DNA of 64,000 nt from Atractiella rhizophila. Taxonomy: Eukaryota. The notes under the pieces are model-generated. The model saw only the letters and a list, made by a program, of their open reading frames with translations, made no database searches and had not been told where the DNA came from. The position numbers were made by a program, and so were the translations under genes. The stretch spans positions 1-64,000 of the forward strand of contig MU271405.1 in NCBI GenBank assembly GCA_021432655.1, written 5' to 3'. How positions within the stretch are numbered: the stretch's first letter is position 1; every line of letters starts with the position of its first letter. Below, one piece after another: positions 1 to 12,287 of the stretch.

Positions 1-2813
1 TCTGCGATCGAATCGATATAGGTCAGAGCTGGAAGCACCAATTTGGGCGATCCGTCACGAGTTTACGTGAGAAAAGCCCAATACGGTTGGAGGTCCGTCT
101 TCCTCTCCGCCGTCTGCATTCGTTCGCGCTGAAGAAAACAAAATAGGTGGGATTGGGGTCCCGAACTCATGACGGCCGGTCCCTACCGCCCTATCTCCCT
201 TCGCATCTACCATTCCCGTCTCTCCGACGTGCACGTCCAAGCTCTCGGCGATCGGCAGCTCAATGTCTCCTTCTCCATCGATGGTGCTCACTCCGACCTC
301 AAATCCCAAATCGCCGTGTCCTCCGTTGTGGCCTCGAAGGCGAAACAGCTCTTCAAGTCCTTCGATCTCCCCGTCGTAAACGGAGAGGGGAAACTCAAAC
401 ATTCTTTCACCAAGGACGAGGTCGACCTTTGGTTCCCTTTCGGATACGGCGAACAGGCCTTGTATAACGTGCAAGTCGTGCTCCTCTCCAAAGATGGTGA
501 AAGGATCCATGAAATCACTAAGACCGTTGGATTCCGAGATGTCAAGCTCATCCAGGAGCCTTTAGAGGAAGCCGATCAGTATGGGAAAGGCACGACTTTC
601 TTGTTCGAAGTCAACGGAACCCGCATCTTCTGTGGTGGCTCTAATTGGATACCGGGAGATAATTTCTTGACAAGGATGACCGCGGAGAGGTACAGGGATT
701 GGCTGGAATTGATGAAGAGAGGCAGTCAGAATATGGTGCGCTGTCCATTCAATCCGTATTTTCTCTCTCTTTAGGCGCAACTGACGGAGCTGTGAATAGG
801 TCAGGATTTGGGGTGGTGGGATCTACGAACCTGACGTCTTCTTTGACATTTGTGATGGTCGTCGCTACCTCTTCCTTAGATACGCAAACCTCATGATTCT
901 TGAACCTGCGACGTGTAGAACTCGGTATAATGGTCTGGCATGATTTCCAATTTGCCTGCGGAGTCTACCCGAAATATGAAACGCGAGTGTATCCCCAATC
1001 CCACTCTCTCGCTTCCTCCGATGCCCAGTCGACCTTCGGCGAGAACGTGAGACAAGAAGTTATCGATAACGTCAAGAGGCTGAGACATCATGCCTCACTC
1101 GCTATTTGGTGCGGCAACAACGAGGTACGTCCGCCTACAACCCTCTAACTAACATGGCTGAATGGCTAACTGAATCTCCTCCACTAGGACTACCAAATGA
1201 TCCTTCAGTGGGACCTGTCTAAGGCTAAGGACCCAGAAGACTTACTACCTGCGAGGAAACTGTATGAGCACGTCTTCCCGGAGCTGGTTGAGAAGTATAT
1301 GGGCAAACAAGGAGAAGGAGGCGTGCCTTATTGGTTTGGATCGCCTTACGGTGGGAAGGGATGGGACACGGCAGACCCTACCGTTGGAGACGTGCATCAG
1401 TGGGATATCTGGGGTGGAAAGGAAAGGCCGTATCAGGATTACGACAAGATGGGTGGGAGATTCGTTAGGTTCGTCCTTTTCGTTACAAACAGAAAAAACT
1501 ATTGGCTGATATCACCTGGTAAATTAATTTGTATTTTTCTGGAGGACAGCGAGTTTGGAATGCCGTCTTTCCCTGTCATGCGCACCATCGACTGGTGGAT
1601 GGATGGCGCTCCAGCGAAGGAGTACTACGCCCAGTCGCCATGGATTCAGCAGCATGTTCGTGCTGGAGCTTTCGAGAGGAGGTTTGCGATCGCCATGTGT
1701 GAGAATTTCAGGGTGACAGAAGACCTCGAATCGTAAGTCATCCTCTTGGATTCTCGCGTTATCTTGAGGAATGGGCGGCACACGAGCTGACCAAAATCGG
1801 TGTGGTGTCGACGGACAGATATACCTTTCATACGCAAGTTATGCAGAGTGATGCCGTGGGACACGCCTACGCGAGTTGGAGGAGAGCCTGGAAAGGAAAA
1901 GGGAGGGAATTCGTAAGTTCCTTATCTCAATCGGAACGAGGGTAATAGAGCAACACCTAGACGTCTGGGGTGCTTGTATGGCAATTGAATGATTGTTGGC
2001 CTGTCGTTTCTTGGGCTCTTGTAGATAGCTTTGTATGTCCTTTATTCCGATTTATCGCGAGCGAAAAACTGAAATCGGCGCAGTTGAGGCCGAAGCCTGC
2101 ATTTTACACTATCGCGAGGAGCCTTGCACCTGTCGCAGTAGGGATTTTCCGAGAGGTTGAACAAAATCGACCGCATGATCGTCCACGCCAGGTGCGCTTT
2201 CCTTTCTTCAACATGGGTAGAGCTTTAACATTGGATTCAGTACTATGAATTCGGGGCAATGCGGTCTGTTGGTGCCACCGTTGGGATTTGGGGTACCACT
2301 TCTCTTCCTGTCTCACAGGACGTGACACTCTCCCTGTCGTTTTACGATCTGCAGTCCTCCTGGCACCACTCTGTTACGCAAGCGGTCACTCTACATCCTA
2401 ACCAAAGCACCGAGATTATCTCCCTTCCGTGTCCCTCTCCCTCTCGCAAGAATCCCACGGACGTCGATCCCTCTGCCACAGTCGTTGTGAGCGCAAAACT
2501 TGTTGCCAGGGATGGAACCGTCCTAGCACGCTACACCGACTTCCCTCAACCCTACCGATATCTTGAGTTCCCGGACCCTGGAGCGAAGATTAATGTCGAT
2601 TACGATAATGGGACAATCGAAGTTGACGTGCAGAAACCGGTCAAGGCACTGTTTTTGGAGGCAGAAGGAGTGGATGGGCGGGAGGTAGAATGGAGCGATA
2701 ATGCTATAGATGTCGTACCTGGCGATAAACAAACGCTTAAGGTGAAAGGTCTTAGGAAAGGTGGATGGGTGAAGGCTCAGTGGATGGGGAAGCCGAAAAG
2801 CTCAAAAATTTGA
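1..2813 (+). CDS. Beta-mannosidase (glycoside hydrolase family 2), multi-exon, 5' end lies before the window
   Basis: Spliced motifs RKAQYGW/WDWGPELMTAG, GFRDVKLIQEP, FCGGSNWIP, RIWGGGIYE, VWHDFQFACG, RLRHHASLAIWCGNNE, GDVHQW, SEFGMPSFP, LVWQLNDCWPVVSW. Stop at 2811-2813. Confidence 0.93.
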
Positions 2814-3200
2814 TTCCTGTCCTATTCTAACATGTTGTGACAAATAAAGAAATAAGACATCTCAACACCTGTATTCCGTTTATTGAACTTAGACGGCAAG
2901 ATCGCCGTCCGCTTTCTGAATTCTGTCAGGTACAGCTGCAGTCCCAAAGTGGTCCCACTTTCATTCGTTTGTTGGGGGTTGTGTTGTGACCTTGCGCTTG
3001 TTTTGTCTGCTGCGTGAAGGAGGATAGGGACCAGGAAGTAGCAAGGAACGGAGAGGCTTAGTGGGGAGTACGCTTGGGCGGTGATAGCGCAACGGACAGG
3101 AAAGAAGGGATTCATTACATCGTAAGGGTATCGTTCAGAACACCTGCCCCGTTGCACATTCAACAAGCGTTAGGATGTTGAAAGCGGGCTTGCTCACCAA

Positions 3201-3863
3201 CTACCATCCTAATCCTAGGTACACCTTGAAGCCGACTCCTCTCAAAGAGACCTCTATCTCTTCCGGTATCCTCTCCTTCCAGCTCCGTGAGCGGAGACCT
3301 CTCATACCGCGACCATCTTCCGCGTCCGAATGCGAATGCGGCCGCTGCGACGATTCAGAAGGAGGGGATGGCATCAAGGCTCGGGTCGTAGATTTGAACA
3401 ATCGCACTAGCGGAATCTGGGAGATTATGGAAGAGGACTGTTCTTGGGCGACGGGATCGTCAGCAGGGGGATGTTCGGATGAGCTAGTGTAAGTGGCATT
3501 GCGGGATAGAGAAGAAGAAGGATTGAAGCTGAATGAGGCATTATTGGCCGACGGTGGGAACTCGAAGAACTCCTGCAGCGAAGACGAGCTTCCAAACCAG
3601 CATCGCTGAATTCTCTCTTGGGATGGTGATGACGAAATATTTGTGCTTGAGTTTGAGACAGCGGATGAGAGGGAGGAACAAGGGGAGGAGGAGCCGATGT
3701 CGAGCCAGCATGTGCTTGAGAATATTCCGATGAGGAGGAATGAGCAATAAATGCAGGGTTTGTGTTGGAGGCAAAGCGAGATTAGGAAGAGGAGGACGAA
3801 ATAATGCGGATACTGAGGGAAGGGCAGGAGCAGAAGCAGGAGGAAATAGCGGAGGCAATACAT
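3201..3863 (-). CDS. BC10/BLCAP (bladder cancer-associated protein) family membrane protein with Ser-rich C-terminal extension
   Basis: N-terminus MYCLRYFLLLLLLPFP...FLISLCLQHKPCIYCSFLL...STCW matches the BLCAP pattern MYCL.W/YLLP...KPC..C. Single coding exon. Confidence 0.8.
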   Translation of the reverse strand: MYCLRYFLLLLLLPFPQYPHYFVLLFLISLCLQHKPCIYCSFLLIGIFSSTCWLDIGSSSPCSSLSSAVSNSSTNISSSPSQERIQRCWFGSSSSLQEFFEFPPSANNASFSFNPSSSLSRNATYTSSSEHPPADDPVAQEQSSSIISQIPLVRLFKSTTRALMPSPPSESSQRPHSHSDAEDGRGMRGLRSRSWKERIPEEIEVSLRGVGFKVYLGLGW

Positions 3864-4552
3864 CCTACACTCGAGAATATCAGCACATCATTCTTGGCTT
3901 AAAAACTCTGAAACCAGCCTGGTGAAATCTGAATGTTGGTACGAGAAGACAGTCACAAAGCTTTTCAGTCCGGAGACGCAACAGAACCAAGGAATTACAA
4001 CACACAAGAACGGCGGTTTAAATGCAGCCCATGGGATACATATGGGATAGATTGTGATACACCAGAAAAGTTGGTAGGAGGAACTGGGGCTTCCTTACAT
4101 AGCGCGTGCGTACAGTGGACTGTCAACCCCAACTCCGCTATTAAGGCAGACGGAAATGAGACTGAGGATTAGGCATTTTACGGGTGAACGTCAGTTTCAT
4201 CGTCTGAATGACCTCGATTATTGACGACAAGAAAAGTCTGAGAGAGAAGGAACAGAAGGCTCTGGTACGCTTGAATAATGAGACTGAGAAAAAGCTCACT
4301 TGTTAGTCCACAAATCGCTTAAATAGAAGGGCGGGCAGGCTGTCTTATATGCCTCTGGCTCTGTACGTGGTTGGAGAAAAGAGAGCGCAAGGCCGTAGTT
4401 GTAATAAGATACGTAACAGTGGCGGTGCAAATGTGCCCATAGTCTGGTAACTCACGTGATATAAGGACGTGGTTCATTCTTTATTCTTATTTCATTTTCA
4501 ACAAGTACTGCTACATCTTGTAGTAGTACACATCGCCAATAACTTTATCAAG

Positions 4553-6084
4553 TTAGTGCGTTTGTTTCATAGAAGCAACCTCTGCAACCTGGGTTCCCAA
4601 CTCCTTCTTCACCTCTACCCACTTAAACTCGCTTTCTTCCATCAACTGTTCTTTATCCATCTCAAACCCAATCAACGTCTCGAGGCATACGCGTCCGCAT
4701 CCCGGTTCGAGCTCCTTCACCTTTTCGGGAGAGATCTATGCCAATGTTTAGCGATCCATGATGGGAGGGAAGGCGTAGCGAGAGAGGCGCACAAAAGATC
4801 CTCCCGTCCGTCCAGCGAATACCATGTGCACTCCCGCGGCAGAGATGGTGCCGTTCCTGCAGCTACGGGCAAGGTGGAAGAGGTGTTGAGTCTCCATCTA
4901 CGTCGCCGGAACAGACAGCGTTTCATTAGCAGATCTTTGATGCTTATGGAAGGAGGAAACATCCTGAAGGAAACATACCTCGAGCGTGGAGACAGAAGGA
5001 TGCTTCGCTTTCAGTTTGTTGAGGAGGTCTTGGTTGGAGTCGTTGAAAGATGCGTCTTAAGACAATTGTCATTCCGAGCAGTAAATGGAAGGAGGAGACC
5101 CACCAATCCGCCCTTCCCAAAGGCAAGACTATAAGGTAAGGAAGTTTCTGGTTCAACGTGAACACATACCCTGAGATGAATAAAAGGAATCTGCAGAGGC
5201 ATGCGTGGCTCCGATCTGCACAATCTGATCTTTTCCCTCTCCAGTGAATTCAGCTTTCACGTTCTTCCCCAGCTGAGAACCAATCAGTACGGTATCAACC
5301 AAATAGAACACACCAACCAGTTCCGTCAGCTGGGGATCTGCATCCACCTGTTCCCTGCATCAGAAGTCTGCTTTGACGAAGAGGGAAACCAATTGGACTC
5401 ACGGTCCCGCTGATCCAATAAGGCTCTCCCTCCGAGTTCGAGGAAGAGAAGTAATCATAGTTCCTCGTTACTGCGAACGCGCTCTTTGGTACACTGAGCG
5501 CTCCAGGAGGAACTTCGTCAGTGAGTCCTCCACAGCTTCCGAACCTGTTCTGATACTCATTAATTGTGTATACGATTGAGCAACGTGGAGAGATGAAACG
5601 AACCGAATGATAGCCATGTCCCCATTGACCACTGCTCGCGCTTCGCGGACGAAGAAGTCTGTCATCGGGAAGCCCTGAGAAAGTTGGTTCAGAAAATGTG
5701 GGGCAAAATGAAAGAGACAGGTGATGTACCATCCCTGTTGCACAGATAGAGATTGGGACTCCTTTGTACTTCCCAGTGAAGGTAAGGAACCCTCTCTGAG
5801 AAAGCACTTCGATCGGCTTGGGATCCTTGTCCAGATGGACTGAGATTCGCCGGGCTCTCACAAGATCTCCTGCAGCGCTACAGATCAATCGCTTTGAAAG
5901 AGGACATGAGTATGGAATGAACGACGTACCAACTATGAGAATTCGGTTGGCGAGCTCACCCGTCTTCAGGGACAGGTGGTAGACCCGTCCTTCGCCATCA
6001 CGAGCTTGATCGCAGGCTCAGTGAAGTTTGGAGCATCGATGAACTTCACATACGAAAGTTGGCATCTGCAATTTGGTGTTTCAT
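4553..6084 (-). CDS. Uridine/purine nucleoside phosphorylase (PNP_UDP_1 family), multi-exon
   Basis: Spliced MKHQIADANFPRDGEGRVYHL...ANRILIVG, RGFLTFTGKYKGVPISICATGMGFPMTDFFVRE, IIRFGSCGGL, ADSFYSSQGRID, TLE(ME). Confidence 0.9.
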
Positions 6085-6321
6085 ACTGTGTTTCCCCTCT
6101 CGTTTACTTAATCCTTATCCAGGGACTTATCGCAAGGACTAGTCGATAAATCGGGAGCACAAAGCGAGCGTTGTTTCGGCGGGCGGTAAAATAACGATAA
6201 CTTGACTCTTGAAATCGTCCGCCCCGTACTTTATAAATACCGTTACGTACGTATCCCTGCCGAGAAACGACGACCCTCCCTCCCTTCCTTTCACAAAACG
6301 CTCAATCAAAATTGCCACAAA

Positions 6322-6861
6322 ATGAATCCATATCTATCCAACCAACTCTCCAACGCCATCGCCCTCCCAATCATTGCCCTCAACGCTCTCGCCGTGCACG
6401 ATGCCATAACCTCCGCTAGGGCTTACTACAAGCTCAATCCACCCGTTCGTCCTTTCATTCTTTACTCACATCGCTAAAGAAACTGATGTATTTGGGATAT
6501 GCTTCCTCTTTATATTATCTAGGCAGTTGAGGCGAAAAAAGAAGAACAAACGCCGAAAAGGCGGACGAGACGACTGGTCTCCTTCGTGCTATGCATGATC
6601 GTCTTCATCAGTTTGGAAATTTACGCTGGATGGAACGCCGATGCAGAGACTATCGATTTCGTTGGAGCCTGGTTTAATGGTGTCTTTACATTCATGGGTC
6701 TGACTACTGTGAGTCTCTCTTTCTCGTTTTGTGGGAGAGTGGTCTGTGCCTTTCACACGGCGAAGAGACGTGAGACGTTATTGTCCTGAGAAGGAAACAC
6801 ATGAGCCGCATAGGTGAAGCCCAGAAGCTGGAAGATAATTGCAGAGCCTTCCAGAGTCTGA
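6322..6861 (+). CDS. Small hypothetical membrane protein (about 3 exons)
   Basis: ATG in acaaaATG context, hydrophobic segments in ORFs 6202-6477 and 6586-6789, plausible GT-AG introns. Confidence 0.45.
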
Positions 6862-7700
6862 TAAGTGACTCATCCTCTGCTCCTTTGCGCTTTGCGGATC
6901 GAACCTCAATATAAACTTCGAAATCCGAGTCCCCTTTCATTTCGTCACAAGGTTTGATTACATTTCAGGAGAGGTCGTTGGGCTAGCATCCACATGCAAG
7001 CTGTCCCTCAACCCTTGAAGCCCCAAACATTGATGCAAATAAGGGTTATGATTTCTTCTGAACGTACACTTTTCTCCTGGGCTTGATAATTTGGAGCACT
7101 TAGTACATTTTCAACAGACGGACAGACCGTTCGGCATGGATGCTGTTGGATGTCCCAATCTTTCTTCTTTAATCCAATTTGAAACTTACATTTTGTTGCT
7201 TTGGCAATAAGAGATTTCTGGTTATTCTCTGCTGACACTGCGTTTCCGTGAAACCTTATGAAATCGCTGAAACTTTTGGAAGATGCACATATTTCAAGCA
7301 AAGTATTTGCGCCAGCATGTGGGCAGTATTGCATCTTTGCTATTGAACAAATGGCAATTCCTCTTCCTGACGGTGCTTATGCATGAAAATTGATTCCAAG
7401 GCCAATAAAAACACAGATGTAGTACAAAATTAAAGATACCCAATCTGTGATTGCCCTAATGATCCATGTCGCTTTTGATTACTCGCTCCTATTCTTTATC
7501 AGTTGTCACGTTTGCCTTGCACATTTACCACGTGATCATGCTCCTTCGCACCGCACCCTGATGTCAGTCCAGACCCATTTCTTTTGCTAAACAACGTCAA
7601 AGACCATGACTAACTGTCGCTACAGATCACTACTGCCCTCTTGCACCTGGCTCCCGTCAGCATCCAGTTCAATCCTGATAAACCGCGATTTCCTTTCAAA

Positions 7701-8564
7701 ATGGACCGTGCGAAGCGTGGAGTCCTCTTTATCTTGGGCGCTGTTTCCTTCCTCCTCACCATCTACGTCAATGGTTTCGCCTTCTCTTTTCTTAACATTT
7801 CTCTCCGCGTCAAGGAAGCTCTCTGGGTATTGGCCAAGGCTGGTATTCTTTTCTTCATGAGCCGATACAGCGTGGGTAAGACTGTCAAACTGAGAGCGGT
7901 ACTTGCTGCATTGGTTGCTTATGAGGTAAATTTTTCTTCTATCGATGTCACATAACTAACGACGTCGATGTAGGCCGTTGTGATCGCGACTTCTGCCGCT
8001 GTGATTTATTTCACTTCTTCCTCCTCGCCCATCGTGTTCCTTCAAGATGCAGACGTTTCTCCTGCCGCCACTCCCTCTCCTACCACCAGCGTATCCTTCT
8101 CCTACATCCTCCCGTCGGTGTATTTCACCGCTTTTGCCGTGTTGGTTCGCATCACCTCCCGCTTGGACTACGAACTCTCAAGCTCCTCTCCCGCTGTCCT
8201 TCTCACGTCGGAGCCACCATTCCCCGTCGTCCACATGCTCAAAAAAATCACTTCCCTCAGACCTAAATACTCTGCCATGGTTGCTGCAGTCGTGATCGGT
8301 GTCCCTGCTTTCTTGATGAACTGCGCCATCCCATGCTTGGAAAAGAAGAACCCCTCATTTGCTTCCTTGAAGGACGAACAGATGTTCATGCTGCTTTCGT
8401 TCTTCACCATTGTTCCAGTCGTCACAGTTGCTCTCACCCTTCTCGCTGCAGTTAGGGGCGAGATCGCCACTGTTTTCTCTTACGAAGAGAAGTGGGCCCT
8501 CGTTGAGGAGCAGAAGGCTGTCGAGGAGGATGTCGATGTCGAAAGAGCGGATGAGAAGAACTGA
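7701..8564 (+). CDS. Hypothetical multi-pass membrane protein (2 exons, intron ~7926-7973)
   Basis: MDRAKRGVLFILGAV... joined by a gtaaat...ctaac...tag intron to a 194-aa hydrophobic ORF ending YEEKW plus an acidic tail. Confidence 0.65.
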
Positions 8565-8959
8565 ACGAGGACTAGCAACAATTTCGATGGACAGTGGATA
8601 GTCACTCCTTACCAATTTGTTGTCTGAACCGAAGAGCTTCTGATACGTGGTTACTTCACAGAAATCAATAGCTAGTTGTACAATATTGCGTTTGAGCACT
8701 GCTTGAAATGAACCTTATATCTCCCTATCATCTTGACTGTGGTTGCGAAGGTTGAAGGAATGAATTTGAGTAGAACTCAGGATACTGCTGACTGTTTTAC
8801 AGTTGATGGATTAAGAGTAATCTTGGCCGAAATTGGGACGACAGTGGCTTAAAGCGGGGTATGTGAATAGCACTGCCAGGACTGAAGAAAGATGTGATAA
8901 ACAAAGATAAGCTAAGCACAACACAACAGCACCAAGAACGATTCTACTGTAATAGCGAT

Positions 8960-10523
8960 CTACAGAATACGCCGCTCAAAAGGTTCATATTCATCTGGCC
9001 GACTTAAGCTCAGACTGTTATGCCCTTCATGTTGTCCTTGCGGTTCACCGTAAAGTTGTTCGATCTGCGCCAAACTACCTCTATTTGTACCTCTTTCAGC
9101 TTCTGAAGTGATTGAAAGTTCTGGAAGTCGCGGGACGGAGGCGCTCATTCGATTCCCGTGATGCACAATGTCGAGCGAGACCTTTCTACGGTGTTCTCCG
9201 TCGTAAGACGTGACGTCTATGGGTCGGGCGGCGATAGATTCACGCGAACGGTTGATGGAATCTTGAGGATAACTGGTAGAATCTCGATCACGAGTCTGTG
9301 GATAAATGATGGACTCTCGTCGATGGATGGTTTCCTGAATATTGTCGGGCTCTTGAGTCTCCGGGAGCTGCCTGTCCCAATAAGCCTCTTTCGAACTCGT
9401 AGCTGCGGTCGACGGGGGTGAGTGACCATAGGAAGCATTGCGAGCGTCGTAGCTTGTGCTTGGGGGGTACGAGATGGCGTAGGTGGTGCTTTGAGGTAGC
9501 AGGGAGTTTACCCCAGAGGCTGGAGCAGGGATAACGACTCGATTCGAGACGGATGCAACTGCTGTCGATTAGCTGGCGAACCTGGTTGAAGCATTGCGAG
9601 CTCACCTCCATCTTTCTCCACGAATACTGAGCCGGTTTGCGTCACATAGCTCATACCCCGACCCCTAACAGCTCCCTCGCCTTCTTCTTCGGTCAGGGTT
9701 CTTCGCCGTCGTCGTAGGTACCACCAAGCGATGCCACCAATCAACAGGGCTGTATGCACGTAGTTAAAAGATAGTTTGGTTTTAATGGCCAGCTGTGACC
9801 CACCTGACAGTGCACCAACAATCCCGCCAGCAATAGCTCCTGCATTACTTCCTCCTTCGCTCTGTGGAGCAGCAACCATGACGAGTTTGACATCGTCCAG
9901 TCGAAGACCGCCCACGGCGTTCCAAGTGAAGCTGAGGACATCGTTCTCACCACTTATGAAAGAGTGAGCAAAAGGTGTATAGGGGCCCGAGTCCACACTC
10001 CCTTTCGGTACAGCTCCTGTTAGCGTCTCCTGCCCGAGCTTGACAACCATGCCATTCGGCACAGGATCGTCGGCACAATCCCAGCAGTAAGCAGAGAGGC
10101 TAAGCTGGTATTGGCCTTTTGGAAGAGTACTTGTGTTCTGTGAAAGGGTGCAGGATTCGAAAATGTAGGCGTAGCCAGAGCCGGACGAGGCGAAGTGATC
10201 CTTAATGCCTGGTCCTACGAGATCGACGCCTGCATTGCAAAACATCTTAGCATTAACTCCTCTACCGTTGAGCGGATTCCAGTCCGAAGATAGCATCAGC
10301 GGCGCTGGTGACAACAACGCACTACCCCTCTGAAAGTCGACAAGTCGAGAAGCTCACCACAACATGAAGCGTCCACCACACCATTCTTTGTGCACACCCA
10401 CGGGGCTATGGCAGTCCCATTATTCTCGAACCCGCCATTAAGAATTATGCTTGTTCCTTCCTGTGATGAGACGACGGCGAGGAAAGAAAAGGATATGATG
10501 TTGAGGAGGAGGAAGGGTATCAT
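8960..10523 (-). CDS. Type I single-pass membrane protein (signal peptide, Cys-containing carbohydrate-binding-like ectodomain, TM helix, disordered tail)
   Basis: Signal peptide MIPFLLLNIISFSFLAVVSS, ILNGGFE...LDDVKL (galactose-binding/CBM-like pattern), AGAIAGGIVGAL...WWYLRRRRR TM with basic stop-transfer. Confidence 0.65.
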
Positions 10524-11439
10524 GTCGACTCCTGAGATTCGAGATTCAGGAGGACATCCAATGTGGGTATCGTTTAAGACTGACTGCAGGAGAACGTGTG
10601 GGTATTAGCCTATTAGGTCCTTTCGGCACTCTGCTCTGACGGGATGCGCTATCAAGTGATTCAATCATTGAGGTAAACATGACAGCTATGGGCATGTGGA
10701 CTCACAGCAAATACCAACTAATCCTCCGAGGGTGGTAAGTCTGAGTTAAGGAGAGTGAAAGAGAGTGTGGGTTCTGTCTAAGTGCAAAGTGGAGGCAACC
10801 TGGAGAGGAGCAACTACATAAATAATCGTCGTCGAATACTTGTCCGCAACAAATCTAGTATATGTATATGATGTTCTGCTGTGTTCACAGTTTCACTATC
10901 TTTCTTCTCCTCGGAGCCGTGCAAGATTGCAAGATATTTGGCCGAAGCGCAAGACAGCGCTTGGAGGTCGCTTGGGAAGAGCATGTGCACCCTCGGGAGG
11001 CGGCCATAAAGGGAGATCGGAGCATGAACTATTTAGTGTTGACTTGCTGGGTGAAGCTGATGAGGGAAGGGGAAGGGTGAGAATCCCAGCAGAGCGGAGT
11101 CGATCAATCCGCCACTTCGGTCATTGAAAATCATCAACAATTGTGAAAGTGAGAGCCAGAACGGTCACTTATCCCGAAAGCAGCAGCTCATAACTACCTG
11201 GTGACTGGTGACCCGATGACTAGTAACAGTTAACTGCTTTGAAAAAGTATGGATGATGTCTCCTATAAGGGACAGCCAGGGACAACGATAGACAATGGAT
11301 ACGAGCAGGGAGATTGCTTCCTGTTTTGTTTTGGCCCAATCCTGTTGGAATTGAGTAATGAGGTCCTCCAGAGAATGTGGTACATAAGTCACAATGTATC
11401 TCCAGCATCGTGTAAGAGGAAAATGTTTCATCCCAGCAC

Positions 11440-12287
11440 TTATTGCTTCTTCACGGGACGACAGGATAAGCCCGAATCGCGAACTTAGATTGAGCAGTCC
11501 TCTGCACTCTGACTCTTATTCTTACTTCATATCACAACTTGCAAGACCAATCATTCCTCTTTACGAGTTTTCGTGTTTGAATAATTTATTTCTCGTGCAC
11601 TCACTGTGGTTACAGCTCTCCATCGTGCGTTGTTAAATGTCTCATGTGCTTCCCAGTCGACACAGGGATATTTTGCACATAACATTGGCATTCTAACAAC
11701 AAGTAATCCAAAGACATAGTTAGCATGCGAGAGAACAACGTTTAATCGTCGTCAGGCAGAAACGACTCGTCCTTGTCATCCTCACTACTGCCATCGAGCT
11801 CAACATATTTCGGTTTCATACTCGCGGCTCGACCAGTTTTCTTCGCTCTCGGCGGAGGATTATTGCTTCTTCACGGGACGACAGGATAAGCCCGAATCGC
11901 GAACTTAGATTGAGCAGTCCTCTGCACTCTGACTCTTATTCTTACTTCATATCACAACTTGCAAGACAGACATACCAATCATTCCTCTTTACGAGTTTTC
12001 GTGTTTGAATAATTTTATTTCTCGTGCACTCACTGTGGTTACAGCTCTCCACCGTGCGTTGTTAAATGTCTCATGTACTTCCCAGTCGACACAGGGATAT
12101 TTTGCACATAACATTGGCATTCTAACAACAAGTAATCAAAAGACATAGTTAGCATGCGAGAGAACAACGTTTAATCGTCGTCAGGCAGAAATGACTCGTC
12201 CTTGTCATCCTCACTACTGCCATCGAGCTCAACATATTTCGGTTTCATACTCGCGGCTCGACCAGTTTTCTTCGCTCTCGGCGGAGG
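11440..12287. repeat. Tandem duplication of ~420 bp (11440-11858 / 11860-12287) containing the last ~39 codons and 3' UTR of TOP2
   Basis: Copies align with a few SNPs and an 8-nt indel (gcaagaccaatc vs gcaagacagacataccaatc). A single extra 'a' sits at 11859. Confidence 0.95.
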
